In this document: piece by piece, positions 52,001 to 64,000 of the stretch
Layout: each line of letters begins with the position of its first letter
Numbering within the stretch: position 1 is the first letter of the stretch
Made by a program: the position numbers and the translations under genes
Notes under the pieces: generated by a model
The model's input: the letters and a program-made list of their open reading frames with translations, nothing else
What the model was told of the DNA's origin: nothing
Databases searched by the model: none
From: Yuukianura sp. NJ FZ-2021
Taxonomy: Eukaryota
DNA: 64,000 nt
NCBI GenBank assembly: GCA_046563655.1
Contig: CM102290.1
Coordinates: 11,718,001-11,782,000 of the forward strand
Direction: 5' to 3'

Positions 52001-53935
52001 TGTATGGTAGATCCGACCTGTATTGTATTCGTAGACCCGGCTGGTATTGGAGATCGGCTTGTATTAGAAGTTTCACGGTAATAAAAATTCATGTTTAGCA
52101 GAAAGACACAACGAAAGAGAGAAATAAAAAATGAAAAAGCAAAACCACTACATCCCTCCTGGAGGAAGTGTGAAAAGTTTAAGGAACCCTTTATAAGTCA
52201 AGCGAACTCAACAGGCTTCAGTCAGTCTAAGAACTGGACAAGCTACAAGCAGTCAAGTTCAAGCAAGCATTAGCGTCACCACCGCAGCTTAAGCCTCCCA
52301 TTTAGTGCAGAATAATTAAAAAGCAGTGGCCAAGCTATCTGCTACTAATTAATCATTAATTACAGGCCTCTGGCTAAGTCAAGCAGGACACGAGCGGCGT
52401 CAAGCAGAAATTTGGCGACATTACCCTCACCATGCAGTTCTTTATAGGGCACTTTGCATTTCTTTTTGACAAGTAAGCTGCCCTTTAAAGGGCTATATGT
52501 GTGAGCGGAAATTCAACAAACCTGGAAAGTCCTGGAGTGGCTTAAGATGTGGGTAGAGTTGAAGAGTGGCAAGTCCCTGCAGGTAACAAATCAAACTTGA
52601 CCTCTGACATTCAATAGTAAATGATAAAGCAAAAGTAATTGAAAAGTTACCTTCAAAGTATCTCGTCGCTTTCCTGAAGTGACAATGGAAAATCCTTGAG
52701 TTTCAATTGCTACACCAGTCTTTAAGATTGTTTGCTCAATGTACCTGAAATTAATTAATAGTTCATTATTTAGGGAGTAGACAGGAATAGGAAAAAGATT
52801 GATTTGGAAATGGAACGAACCAGTTGATGAAGCTTGATTTGCCGGCAGAGTGGTTTCCAAGCAACAGTACCGTGATTTTCCGGCGTGGCATTGGAATGTC
52901 ATAGCCAACCATCTCTCCAATTTTGCAAAGGCCTGCAACATTCACAATACATTTCAGATCAGTGATTTGTTCCAGTACCCACAAATGCGAGAATGGATAA
53001 ATGCGCCTCGTGGTTTCTAAGTTGTCATGTGCAGCGTTTCTTTAATCATTGTTTCATTTTAGCATGCGGAGCCGCTGTAACAGTCTTAGAAAAAAGAGGA
53101 ATCAATTTCTCAGAATTTATTCCATAGAAATATAGATAAATTGAACGTGGTTCTTTTGTACTTATCAGAAAATAAAGAGAGCCGATTAGAACTTGGGATT
53201 ATCCGCCAAACCGCAACTAACTTAACTAGACGGAACCCGTGATGTTTACACATCACGATGACATGGAGCAAGAGGATTTTTAACATTTTGTCAAAAATCC
53301 CCTAGCTCTTTCGTTTGACCCAACGATGCATCACGGGTTTCTGGCTAGTTGAATAGAAAATGCATTGTCGAGGCTGGGGGGCAAGCCCCCCAGACCCCCT
53401 GCTTCTGAGTTGAGATGGAATTTTTGGAAGTCTGTGCTTGTAGGAGTAATGGAAAAGGGACACCCCTGAATCTTTCCACTCTTCCACACAGAGAGTTCTT
53501 TGCACATATAGTTTGCATGGTCATGCTATTAACATTGGGACGGAGCAACGCTCGTCAATTAGAGTATGATAATAGAGACTAGAGAGAACGGAGAATAACG
53601 GAGGTTTTATACTATAATGTATGATATGTTCCGTTGGTTGCTGAAACTTATTAACGTTCACATGATACATACAACGCGCATGTCGTCTAAGTACTTGGAC
53701 CCGATCTCATTTGAGAAAAGAAACGCTGAAGATTTAGCGCGGACAGAGACTTACCATAGTCTTTGGCAGTGTAGAATGCTGCCACATCAGCCAGAATTCT
53801 TTCATTTGTGTCCAACGGTGCTTCTGTATTGGCTCGAATAACTCCGACACTGCGCGCATTACCATTCGCGTCACTGCCAACCCCTGGTCCACTGGCAAGG
53901 TTGATCGCCCGTCTACGCATGGTTACTTCTGACAT
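49027..53935 (-). CDS. Uncharacterised EHD/dynamin-superfamily P-loop GTPase with C-terminal hydrophobic segments, multi-exon
   Basis: G1 LLGNHSAGKSSFINW; TGVAIETQGF; G3 FIDTPGLVDG; VFVFFDP; G4 LAKADE; hydrophobic exons at ~49190-49590; final exon KAMYAEYLRQSVSEEDYRGDQS*. Confidence 0.85.
51778..52078. mobile_element. Tc1/mariner (pogo-type) MITE in a GTPase intron
   Basis: TA|CCGTAAAACCTCTAATACAAGCC ... GGCTTGTATTAGAAGTTTCACGG|TA; internal 18-bp subrepeats (ggcctgtattagatacac-like). Confidence 0.88.
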
Positions 53936-54419
53936 CACCTCCGACTTGAATCCACAAGAACAAATGTTTCAATTCCTAGAATATCAAAAAAGTCAGTTTA
54001 CTACGATTGAAATACGAAGTTGGACTGTTACAAACACACATGAAACGACGACAACGAAAATGAAACGTTTGCGACCGTTTTGGTATGAGTTGTTACCTTT
54101 ACAATGAGACACTGGACAAGTTGCAGATAGGATATGAATTGACAGCGGCTAGAAGACAACTGGAACTAGAGGAAGGGTCCAACGTACGCCAACGTCCAAC
54201 AGGAAGTGAAGATTAAGTAGAATCAATTACGATTGAATTGGAGATTCGTTTCAATTAACTTTTGTCTGTTGTTGGCTTTTGGTTTTCTGTTTATATGGAG
54301 ATTAGGAGATTCATGAAGAAAAAAGGAGAAAAAGACGATAAATGTCTCCCCGCCATTCACTCTCGCTGCACTGTTGCCGAATTGCTCTCTAGTCTCCTCT
54401 TGTATTGTTCCACGTTACG

Positions 54420-54890
54420 AATTACTTCATTAACATCAATTAATTAATTCACTTAACTAATTCCATTTTATAAATGTACTTAATTGCTTTTAATCTTAAA
54501 ATCCTGACCTAACCATTATTATTATTCTCGGTATTGTTATTATCCTCTGTAAGCCCATATGTATATACATGGTATATTTTCAAAACGGTAATTCGAACGA
54601 AACTCTTTATCCGACCCGCGGGAAATTTTTGGACTGAGGAATTTTAAAAATTTATTTCGTTTTCTTTATAGCTTTATCTTCCCAATTACTTTCATTAACA
54701 TCAATTAATTAGTTTATTTAATTCATTACTTCGTATAAGTGTAATCATCTTGAATGTTAAAATTAGTTCTAAACTAAAGATTATTGTAACGTCTTATATG
54801 CCCATATATCGTGCTTAAGCGGTAATTCACACTACAGAATAACCTTTGTCCGACTCGCGGGAAATTTTTGAGTTCGGGAATTTAAAAAAA
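54420..54890. repeat. Degenerate tandem duplication (~240-260 bp) in the divergent GTPase/GTF3C1 intergenic region; each copy carries an E2F-type site
   Basis: aattact(t)tcattaacatcaattaatta at ~54420 and ~54684; gcccatat..cggtaattc..tccgac.cgcgggaaattttt at ~54610 and ~54849. Confidence 0.7.
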
Positions 54891-55124
54891 AAGTGCAAAT
54901 ATAAACAAGACCACACAAGAGTTTTTTTGTTCCTGTTCTTCTATGTTCTATCGTCTCAAATGTACCTGCTGCGTGGGAACACGAACAGCTGATTGACGTT
55001 GTTTTTTTTTGAGTGAACGTTAGAAGTAATTGTTCTCTTGAGAGTAATCGATTAACTCGTTAAAGTCATATTCACAGGAGGGTATTGTATCTGGTAACAT
55101 CAATCTGCCTTTGTATATAACAGA

Positions 55125-58100
55125 ATGCCACGGAAGCGATTGCCTGTAGGGCCCGGCGGGTAAGATGGATAAATTTCTGTTTCTTCTCGCTCCTTACTTC
55201 ATGTTTTATTTAACTGTGGATGGAGGAATTTGTAAAGTTAACGATGAATACAAGAACACTATTGTTTGAAACTGGGCATAGGGAAGTACTGATTTTGTTG
55301 TCTATGTCTTTATCCTTATTCTTTTAGAACCAGTCTGGCAAAGCCTGAGTTGTTCCGTGCTCAAGCCCGAAACTTGGACTTGGCGTCGTGTATAATGGAG
55401 GAAGTAGCTCTCGAGGGACTCGATGGTATCACCTTTCAAGGTACATTTCATTCCGTTTCAACATATGAGCACAACCTGGTGCTAACACTTTGAGAAATGT
55501 GAAATTAATGATATCGTCCATGATTTGAATTTAGCCTTACTTGTCAGACTCGCTGCACGTCCGAAGTTTCATTTCAAGATTACTGAAAAAACCAAAGGTT
55601 ACGTTTGGGAAGTGGCCAAAAGACAGCGGCACTTAACAGCGTATTTGTTGGAGGAGAGTAGAGCAGACTTGGTGCTGTTTGACCGACGGAATTCCGTTGA
55701 TGAGCGTGGAAATATGTATGAACCGGTATGTAATGGGGTGGGGGAACTTGGACAACGAGAAATTTAACTACACGTCTTGTTACAGATCTCTGCACCAGAA
55801 GATATTTACCCGTATCATCCTATCTATGACCAGAAGGCCGGAATACGCGGATCCTGTAAAGAATATTATACTCGTAGACCATACACTTCCGTTGCTCGTC
55901 GGATGAAATATGAGACGGTGCAAGAGAAGTATGTCTTTACATCCTTGTGCGATTCCATTCTCGTACACCAAGGTTTATAATAATTTCGCGGTTTGATTTT
56001 TCTTAGGTGTGGAAACCGATTAGTGTTCGTTGCTCCCCAGCAGCTTCGTGAGAAAATGTTTATGTCAGATGATGCTGGCGTTGATCTCGGGGAATTAACA
56101 ATCATCCAGTATTGCATTGTGGAGAGAGTTGCAAGGTGGGCTGCCTAACTTAGACTATTAGGCATAACCCAGGATTAGCAAAAACCTAAAGTCTGTGAAT
56201 TTAACTTCTAGAGCTCGATATCTTGGTGAGGGGACAAGGGGGAAGGTTAGCCTGGCGTCAATGAAGATCGATCCAAAGTCTTCCTTTTACCAGCGAAAGT
56301 TGCTTTTGAAGAAGAACCTTATTACCAAACAGGTAGAACCTCCTAAATTTAGTAGTAATTTAGCATATAGACAATGCTAAATAGGTAGTCCTTGGTTTTG
56401 CTTACACATTTTTTTTATCTTCAGACTCTGACGATGAAGTTCGGGCCAACCCATGTGACCGCTGGAGTTTCTATTCTTCACCTTCCAAAGTTTTTCACCT
56501 ACTACGAAACTGTTCTAAAAAGTACAGTTAGCAAGGCCATCAAATCAATTGTTTCTACGCCAAACAACATGATAGAGATGTCACAACTTCGCGCTGCTCT
56601 TGGAAAACACCAAGTTCAAAATCTACTTTCGCCCGAGTGTCTTCAGATTTTCGAAGAAGTAGTAAGTGACACGGTGTGACAAGCATTAGTTTTTAGCTTA
56701 GTAGCTAAATCTAATAATTCATTTGTGTTTGAAGTCACTTCCTTACCATGAAGCTCATACATCAGCAGAATATCAAATGGATGCTGGTCCCGAGAAGAAG
56801 GTGAAGATAAGTCAGAGAGTCGTTAAGTACATGAAACTTCGCGATCCTCGAATTACCCCAGCGAACTTCAGTAATCTGCTCAGTAAAGGTGGAGATGAAA
56901 AGGAGGAAATTGAGGATACTTCTGATGCGTACTTGCCAGTTCGTAAGTTGCTTTGTTTCTGATGTAACACATATTTCCTAAGTAACTTTTGTTTTATTGT
57001 TTTAAGGATTCCATACTACCCAGTCGTCCATTCTACATAGGTTCATGCATTTTATTTTCGAGTCCAAGGCTCGTGGCCTCTCTATAGCTGAATTGAGTGA
57101 GAAAGCTGATGTAACTCAACTGGATGCTCGTAGTGCTGTTCGTTTTTTTCAAAGGCACAAGATAGCGATTCCCATCCTTGAAGACAAGAAAAAGACAAAG
57201 CAACATCGGTTAGAACAAGCAATAATTCCAACACTTTCATAATAGATAATAATGTTAAAATTTTGTTTGTAGCTATGTCTACTATAAATTCAAGGAAGCA
57301 AATCGCAATTATCAGACTATAGAAGCCTCGGAGGTTCAAGATCCCTCATATCCTGGGCCATCAAATGCTTCTCAAATCCCCCTGTTAGATCTCGAACCGG
57401 TAATTTGACATTCCTTATAAATATTATAAATTTTGAAAATCAAAACGTTTTTATTAAAATAAGAAACGAAAAACATTTCATTGGCAATTTTAGGACCAGG
57501 AGGCACTGGAAGGTGAAATAATTTGGACCGTTGGTGATTTGGAAATTGCTTCGGCAGGGCGAGCTCTTGGAACGGCAGAGGAAAACGTTGAGGTAGTTCG
57601 CAAAGCATCCAGTACTACAACAAAGAATGGACGAATTAGGAAAAGCGTGTTGGCACGATCTAAGTTGCCAAAGAAGAAGCGAAGTACACTCAGCTACAAG
57701 GACGCGGACGACGGAGCTACTGTTAGCCTAAGACTGACTGCTCAAGTTCGTCAACTCATGGAAACTTTTCCAGCGAACTGTGACCCTGACACTGAGGAAT
57801 TCAGTGATACTGCGGCTGAATTCGAAAACCGTTTCAACCAGTCTGAGGAGAAAGATTTTATTCCTATTCGAGAAGCAGACAAGTCCAGAACATTGATGTG
57901 TGTTAATCCAGCGGGTTGGCAAATTCTTGCGGAATGGGCCATCTTGCGACCGGTGTAAGTCAGTTTTAATTACTTAACACTGATTGTTTTAAATCTACGT
58001 TTGTATATGTAAGGTTTCTTAAATTCTTGTTCCAGTTTTGGCAGGCTACCTTCCTTTGCGACGACAAGAACAACGGAAAGAGCAAACTACATTTTGGAAC

Positions 58101-61100
58101 TTATTTACACATGCCGTGTCATTATTGGATTTCAACACATTCTCAGAGTAAGATGAAAAAATTAAGTCACTTTTAACTTAAACGTTTTAAGTTGAAATTG
58201 CTTTAGTGTTACTGCTAATGCTGATTTTCGTTTTTTGTATCCTAGGCGGTGAGACAACACGAAATATCACAGTTGAAATCTACATCAGAACGATCGGACG
58301 TCGACAGAAGAACGTTGTATAGGATTTTGGGGCAGCTCCATTCCATGCAATTTATTCAGATCTACAAAGTTCGTGTTCAGAAAGACAATATCATCAAGGC
58401 ATGCGCACTCTTTACGCCTTACTCGGTTAGTATGGGTAAGAGAATTTCGAATCATTTGATCTTGCTAATACTGAGTCACTGCGATGAGGAGTTTGATACA
58501 TGTGACATGTTTCTACAGAGAGCAAATTGGTGTTATCCAGCATCGATTTCATAATTGCGTCTACTGAGGCCAGAGCTCGCAAAACCCTTGAAGAAAAAAA
58601 AGCACACAACGCAAGGAATCGCTTAATTCGACGACATACTGCAAGGAAATGGATTCCAAGTGGTTGCATAGAAAAGACAACAGTGCGAGCAAAGCCTGGA
58701 ACCAAACCTGGCTCAAAGATTCTAAGGAAAGTGGTCAGAGGGGTCAGATACGCAAATAAGGCAAAAGTCATCCCCAAGCCAAGAGTAAGTTGCAATCATG
58801 ATATAAGTAACACAAGTTTGTTGGGAGAAACCTAATGTTATTGCTAATTTTTTTTTGAAATTTTCAGAAACGGTTTGATCAGATAGATATGGATGCTCTG
58901 GCTCGCATCAAAAGGGCGTAAGGCATTTTTACCACAAAATGATACAGATTAAGCTATTTTTTGACAATTTAGTTTAAAACTTTGTTCTAAATTGCAGGAG
59001 AGTTGACTGGAGCTCTATGGAGGACCGATTTGTTATGGCTAGCTTTCTTGCAAGCGTTCTTTTCCTACCGCGTTATAATCACCAAAGAATTATCATGTTC
59101 AACGCTCATCAAATTCGTGATCTATTTCATGCCAAAGTGGATCTTGTACGAATTATGTTATTTTTTAAACTTTCTCTGTTTCTGATTTGAGTTGAACATT
59201 TGACTTTTCATTTTTGATAGGAAAGAATCAAGACCTCTTTGGCAATTCGGCGAAGACTCCACTTCCTGATGAAGAAGCACGAATTTTATAGTCGCTATCG
59301 TTATTATCTTTCAGAAGCCTTGCAAGACCCTGTTCTGTACAATAGACATTTGGTAAGTCTCGATACTCGGAAGTGTTCTACTTTTGAGTTTCATAAATGT
59401 GCTTGGTACAACGTCAGTGACAATGTTTTGTATTTTTTGTTTTGTAGAAAGCCTTTCAAGAGAAAACGGCGGGTAAGGTTTTTGCCCGGATTCCGACTAG
59501 AAGTCTAGTTGCAGTAATTGAGTACCTCCAAGGAAAGTTTCGAAAATTAAGCATCGATCCGACAGTGATAGCAAGAGACGAGCTGGAGGATAGCGATGGC
59601 GACAATACAATGGATTTCAATCCTGCCGCTCAGATTTCAGCAGATGAAGAACAGGACATTAGTCCTGAGCGACGAATCAAGTGAGGCATAAGCAATATCT
59701 TAAATTTAAATTTAGGAATTGTTATTTTATTCTATAATTTTTATTTGCAGTATTGCCATGCAACACTCGGGGAAATGCATAATAGTAGACGCTCTTGATA
59801 CTCCGTTTGACTTTAACTCAATCGAAGTATGGACAGCCCGAACAGCTGTTTTGAGTTTGGTTATGCGCGGAGACGAAGTTGAAAATGTGCATCGGTTCCT
59901 TGAGACAATCAGTGATGAAGTTTTGTCCTTCACGATCAATTCCATGAGAGATGTCGGTCTTACTACTTGGCAGAAGGAAACATCTAGATTCGGACCATCT
60001 ATGGTGTGAGTTTGAAAATAATAATTTCAATTTAAAGAGAATGGTGATTCGACCTTTTTTTTTGATTTTCGAAAATATTTTTGCAGGTTGAAGAGGAAAC
60101 TTCAAGCTGGTTTGGATCCAGAAAAATACTTAGAATGTTCAACGTTCCTTGAGGAATTCAATCAGGACATGAGAAAGAGCTTTACATTCAATGGCGATGA
60201 CCAAGCAACTGTAGGAATTTTTTGTATTCTCTGTGAACTGAACTCTCTGAATCTGGTAAGTTCTAATAAGAAAACACGTAGCTTTTCTATTCCATAATTC
60301 CATGTGTATTTACTGTTTTAATTGCAATTTCAGGTTGATTTTAACATTACGTTGCCAGATCCTATCGCTACGATTAATCCAGAATGGTACGAAACATTTC
60401 GTGCAATTTCTGAAGGAGTAAGTCCATTTAACATGAATTTGAGAAAAAACTACCGATTGCTTGCTTGCATTCTAAATATGGGTTGCACTATTAGGTTGGA
60501 AATTGTGGCATTGAGGACAATGATGATGATGACGACGGCAGGTACGCACTCAAGAATAAGGACATCCGTTATAGAAAGCGATTGGCAGCAGCGTTAAGTT
60601 CCGGTCCATCTAGAAAGGAAAGTTTGCCAAGTGCAAGTAAAAAAAGAAAGGTGGAGCGTGATGGAAATGGTCCTCCGTCGGGCATCGATTCAGACGATGA
60701 AGTAACGGTGACACAATTGGAATTTAACATTGGTTACTTCTCAACCATTTTGTTGTAATTATGAAACTGCTTTGGAACAGGTTGATCCATACCATCCAAC
60801 TCAGTTTCAGAATATACTGGGTTTGGAGCCTAACACGGCTCTAAAATTATCCAACAAGGCAATGAGCATTGTTCGTTCTCAAATCAATGCACACAAATCA
60901 GGGGACTTTGTGGAACGTCATTTCTTCAATGTGAACTTACCCGGAGTGGAGACTGTGGGTGAACGTGACGGATTTGAACAAATTATTAACCGAGGAGCTC
61001 AACCTAAATTGACCTTGAAGGAAATCAAAACGCATCTCATAAAGTGAGTCTACTCGAAATTTTTGTTCCAGAAGATATTAAGAACTAATTAGTTTTGATT

Positions 61101-62209
61101 TTTCAGAGTCATTCCGTATCATAGACTGGGTTTGACTGAAACCTACGAACCTATAGCAAAACCGGCTAATTTGGGAAGATGGGAGCAACTGTATAATTAT
61201 ATTGCTTCCACCAGGGAAATCGGCATCTCTCTTCCGTTTCTCCAGGTAAATATTTAATGTTTCAATTACTACTTTCGAATTTTTTGCTTCAGTGGAATTA
61301 CGGTTTGAATTTCTGCCTTACTTTCTCTAGACCAAGTTCACGAGAAGGACGCTGAACGACGGCCTGAGGTCGCTAATTATTAAGAATGCCATTTTCTTGG
61401 TTGGGGTCACCTACAGGAAGTAAGTAATTCACAACGTTTTTGTTAAAATTGTATGTATTCCGTGTTTAAATTGGTTTTGTTTCTAGATTTGTTGCCGTCG
61501 AATACGTTGAGAGTTGGACAATGCCTGTCGTCCATGACAAAGGCTGTCCGGTTGTGCAGAAGTATTATAACTTTATGTCTGAAAAGCATTATGCAGTTAT
61601 AACTTCAATTGAAAGGGATCTTGTTTTGAACAGAGTCGTGTTTCGACCATGGATCACGAGCAATGGAGGCATCCAATGGAGTATAATTGATCAAACTATG
61701 TCGTGTGTCCTGGGTTACGTTGGTCTCTATCCGGAATCTACAGTGGAAGCACTCTGTGCACATTTCAGGCCAACTTTGTCTCCAGTCGAAACTATGATGA
61801 TCATTGACGTGAGAAACATTGATTGGAAGGACGTTGAACATTGATTGTGATTCAAACCTTTTACTGTGACTTTTTTCGTCTATTTTCAGGCATTGGTGGG
61901 CTTTGAATTCTTCAATTTGTACGCCCTGGAAAGGAAAGGTGGATCGACGTCAGCTTTCTCCGCGTCATCACTTGTGTCTAAAAGTAAGTTGTAATAACCT
62001 GTTATTATTTGTCATTTTGTTTGTTTGTTATTGATAATTGAGCGTTGTACTCGTCCGATATAGATTATTCAGTGGACACATTCCTGGACATGGAGTCACT
62101 CCATATTGAACTCAACTCCCTCACCACCTCGAGGTATACGAAGCTCCAGCAACTATTTGTGGCAGAAGAGAAGCTAGAACAGAGGCAACAAGAAGCCAAC
62201 AACGCCTAA
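55125..62209 (+). CDS. GTF3C1: General transcription factor IIIC subunit 1 (B-box binding subunit), many short exons
   Basis: N-terminal IMEEVALEGLDGITF; GIRGSCKEYYTR; LVFVAPQQLR; QYCIVERVARARYLGE; IDPKSSFYQRK.L; VDRRTLYRIL; C-terminal RPWITSNG..VLGYV..YP. The internal exon structure was only partly traced. Confidence 0.88.
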
Positions 62210-64000
62210 TCAGATTAGCACACAAAAAAAGTATTTTGTCATTTCTAAAATAAGAAAATCATTTACAGATTAGGTTAGCAGGAATTTTCCTAACTTGCAA
62301 AATTTTTATGGAGCTGACAAATTGCTCAATTTTGTTGTCACTCGTGCTTTTCGACATCAATGTGTTCCTGAAAGTTGTAATGTAAAGGACGTACGGCGTA
62401 TTTTTCCCCCAATGTACCACGCACTTTCCATAAGTTTTTCTGCTTCATCGCATTCGCAATTTCGCACCGCAGCGGAGTAATTACCATAAGTTAATTAATC
62501 TTGGGCGTACCCCTCGGTGATACCGAAATTTTCACACACAAAAAAAAATCCCGGCACTGTGGGTTACGCCGCCGGTACTCGCATTTCGAGTCCGCTGTAT
62601 GCCCACTTGTGTGGTGGTACGACAAAAAACATTAAGTTTGGGAATTTGTATGGACATAAGTGCTACATTTCTCCATACTTCATGTGTCAAAGGTCATTAG
62701 TAATTGACCCAACCCGTAATTCACTCTGGAACAAGTACTATTTGGTGGATAGACTTAAAATGCCATTGTTGTGTTCACAACAATGGAGTGTACCACTTCA
62801 ACTCACTGTTGCCAATTTTATCAAGCGATGAAAAAATAAAGTCTTCAAAAAAATATTTAAAACAGTGTTTAGTAGGCTTCAAACTTACGTTAGTATACCA
62901 ATAATTAACTTGGTATTAAAATAGTTCATAATTGTTATTTTCTATTATATTTATATTTATCTAAATTATTATTGTTAGTTGATCGTTTACCCATCGATTA
63001 AATAAAAATAAAAAAAAAACAGGAGTTTATAGTACAAATTTTCTCTTCGTTTCGTACGAAATAATATTTTTGAGAAACGACTATGCAGCTGCAATCGTTT
63101 TATTATAGTCGGTATAATTTATATATTACATTAACAAGACAAAGTTATTGTTTTTAACTTATGTCAGGATTAGTCTGAAAAAAATTTACTAGTTGATACA
63201 TTAGATGTTAAATAATAATCTAGGGAATAACAATTAAGCGACTAACTATAAGTTAGGCTAAGATTAGTCGTTTAGGTTATTAACCTAACAGGGATATAGT
63301 GCTCTACTATGGTTGTCAACAGTGTGTAAAGTAGTGGTGGTTATGCGGATTGGAATGCCACCCTCTCCCTTGACTCCTCTGCATCTCTTCCCGTTGCCTC
63401 CAGTCAGAACAAAACAAGTTGTAGACGGAGGAGGTTGGAGGCTACACTACTGTCTGCTCTCCGCTCATCATACACAGATCATTTACAAAGTGTCAATTTA
63501 AAACCAACAATTGAAGTGCTAATTCTGCAACAGCACAAGCCTACCCTTCACTTTCCAGTTCAACACCAACCGATTTGTCAAGTTCCACATCGTCAACTAA
63601 GGAGGCATAATCAGGTAATTGCAGTAATTTGACAAATCTTAATTACTTCAGTACAACACGACCATGTTTGAAACTTTTTTGAGGAGATCAGATGAGGGAG
63701 TGACTCTCGTCTACTCCACCCTTGTTTAGTTTTCATACAGATAGAGTCGGTGACCTGTAGGATGTTGACCCTGTACAAATTGAAGTTATAGATCAGTTTT
63801 TAGGTTTGTGTCCTCATGTCATCGTCATAGTGTCTGCCGTGTCGGAATTTTTATCATTTGGAGGTTCTCGTCGATTCAGAAGGTGAGCAAGAGAGTTAAA
63901 TAGAAAGTGCACAGATCATTGGGGCTATATGAGTCATGGATAATATTTCGTTTCCAAGATGTGTTTTGGGTTTTTAGATTTCCGTTCCGTCGTGCAGACA

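Noticed and set aside
51687..52092. Repetitive ORFs (PALDTQPVFDTRP...)
   Set aside because: They are translations of the 18-bp MITE subrepeats.
53374..53393. GC hairpin CTGGGGGG-CAAG-CCCCCCAG resembling a terminator
   Set aside because: It is intronic in a eukaryote and probably a repeat fragment; no element boundaries were found.
62295..64000. Short ORFs at the window end
   Set aside because: No recognisable product; they may belong to UTR or exons of a gene outside the window.

Overview
Eukaryotic, gene-dense window with short GT-AG introns (mostly ~55-100 bp); the gene content and intron style suggest a compact-genome arthropod (inference). Protein-coding genes in order: 3' part of a hydroxyproline-type proline dehydrogenase (+), tail-to-tail with a canonical proline dehydrogenase (-); a DUF4807-like gene; SmD1; TMEM60; a small two-dsRBD protein; DRG1; MED15; sphingosine kinase; an intact PIWI-clade Argonaute; an orphan class A GPCR; a RING-less filamin+NHL protein; an EHD/dynamin-like GTPase with C-terminal hydrophobic segments; and GTF3C1. 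Three non-autonomous DNA elements have resolvable TIRs and TSDs (MULE/foldback-like with a 9-bp TSD, hAT-like with an 8-bp TSD, Tc1/mariner-like with TA). There is a 100-N assembly gap at 14198-14297. The most notable observation is that the PIWI gene and the NHL gene, 11.65 kb apart and unrelated in protein sequence, share an ungapped 75-bp 5' block (53/75 identical by manual alignment). In both, an Inr-like TCATTC is flanked by identically spaced upstream and downstream motifs, with CCAAT and AACAAAG sites further upstream. This looks like an undescribed co-regulated promoter module for RNA-silencing/germline genes.
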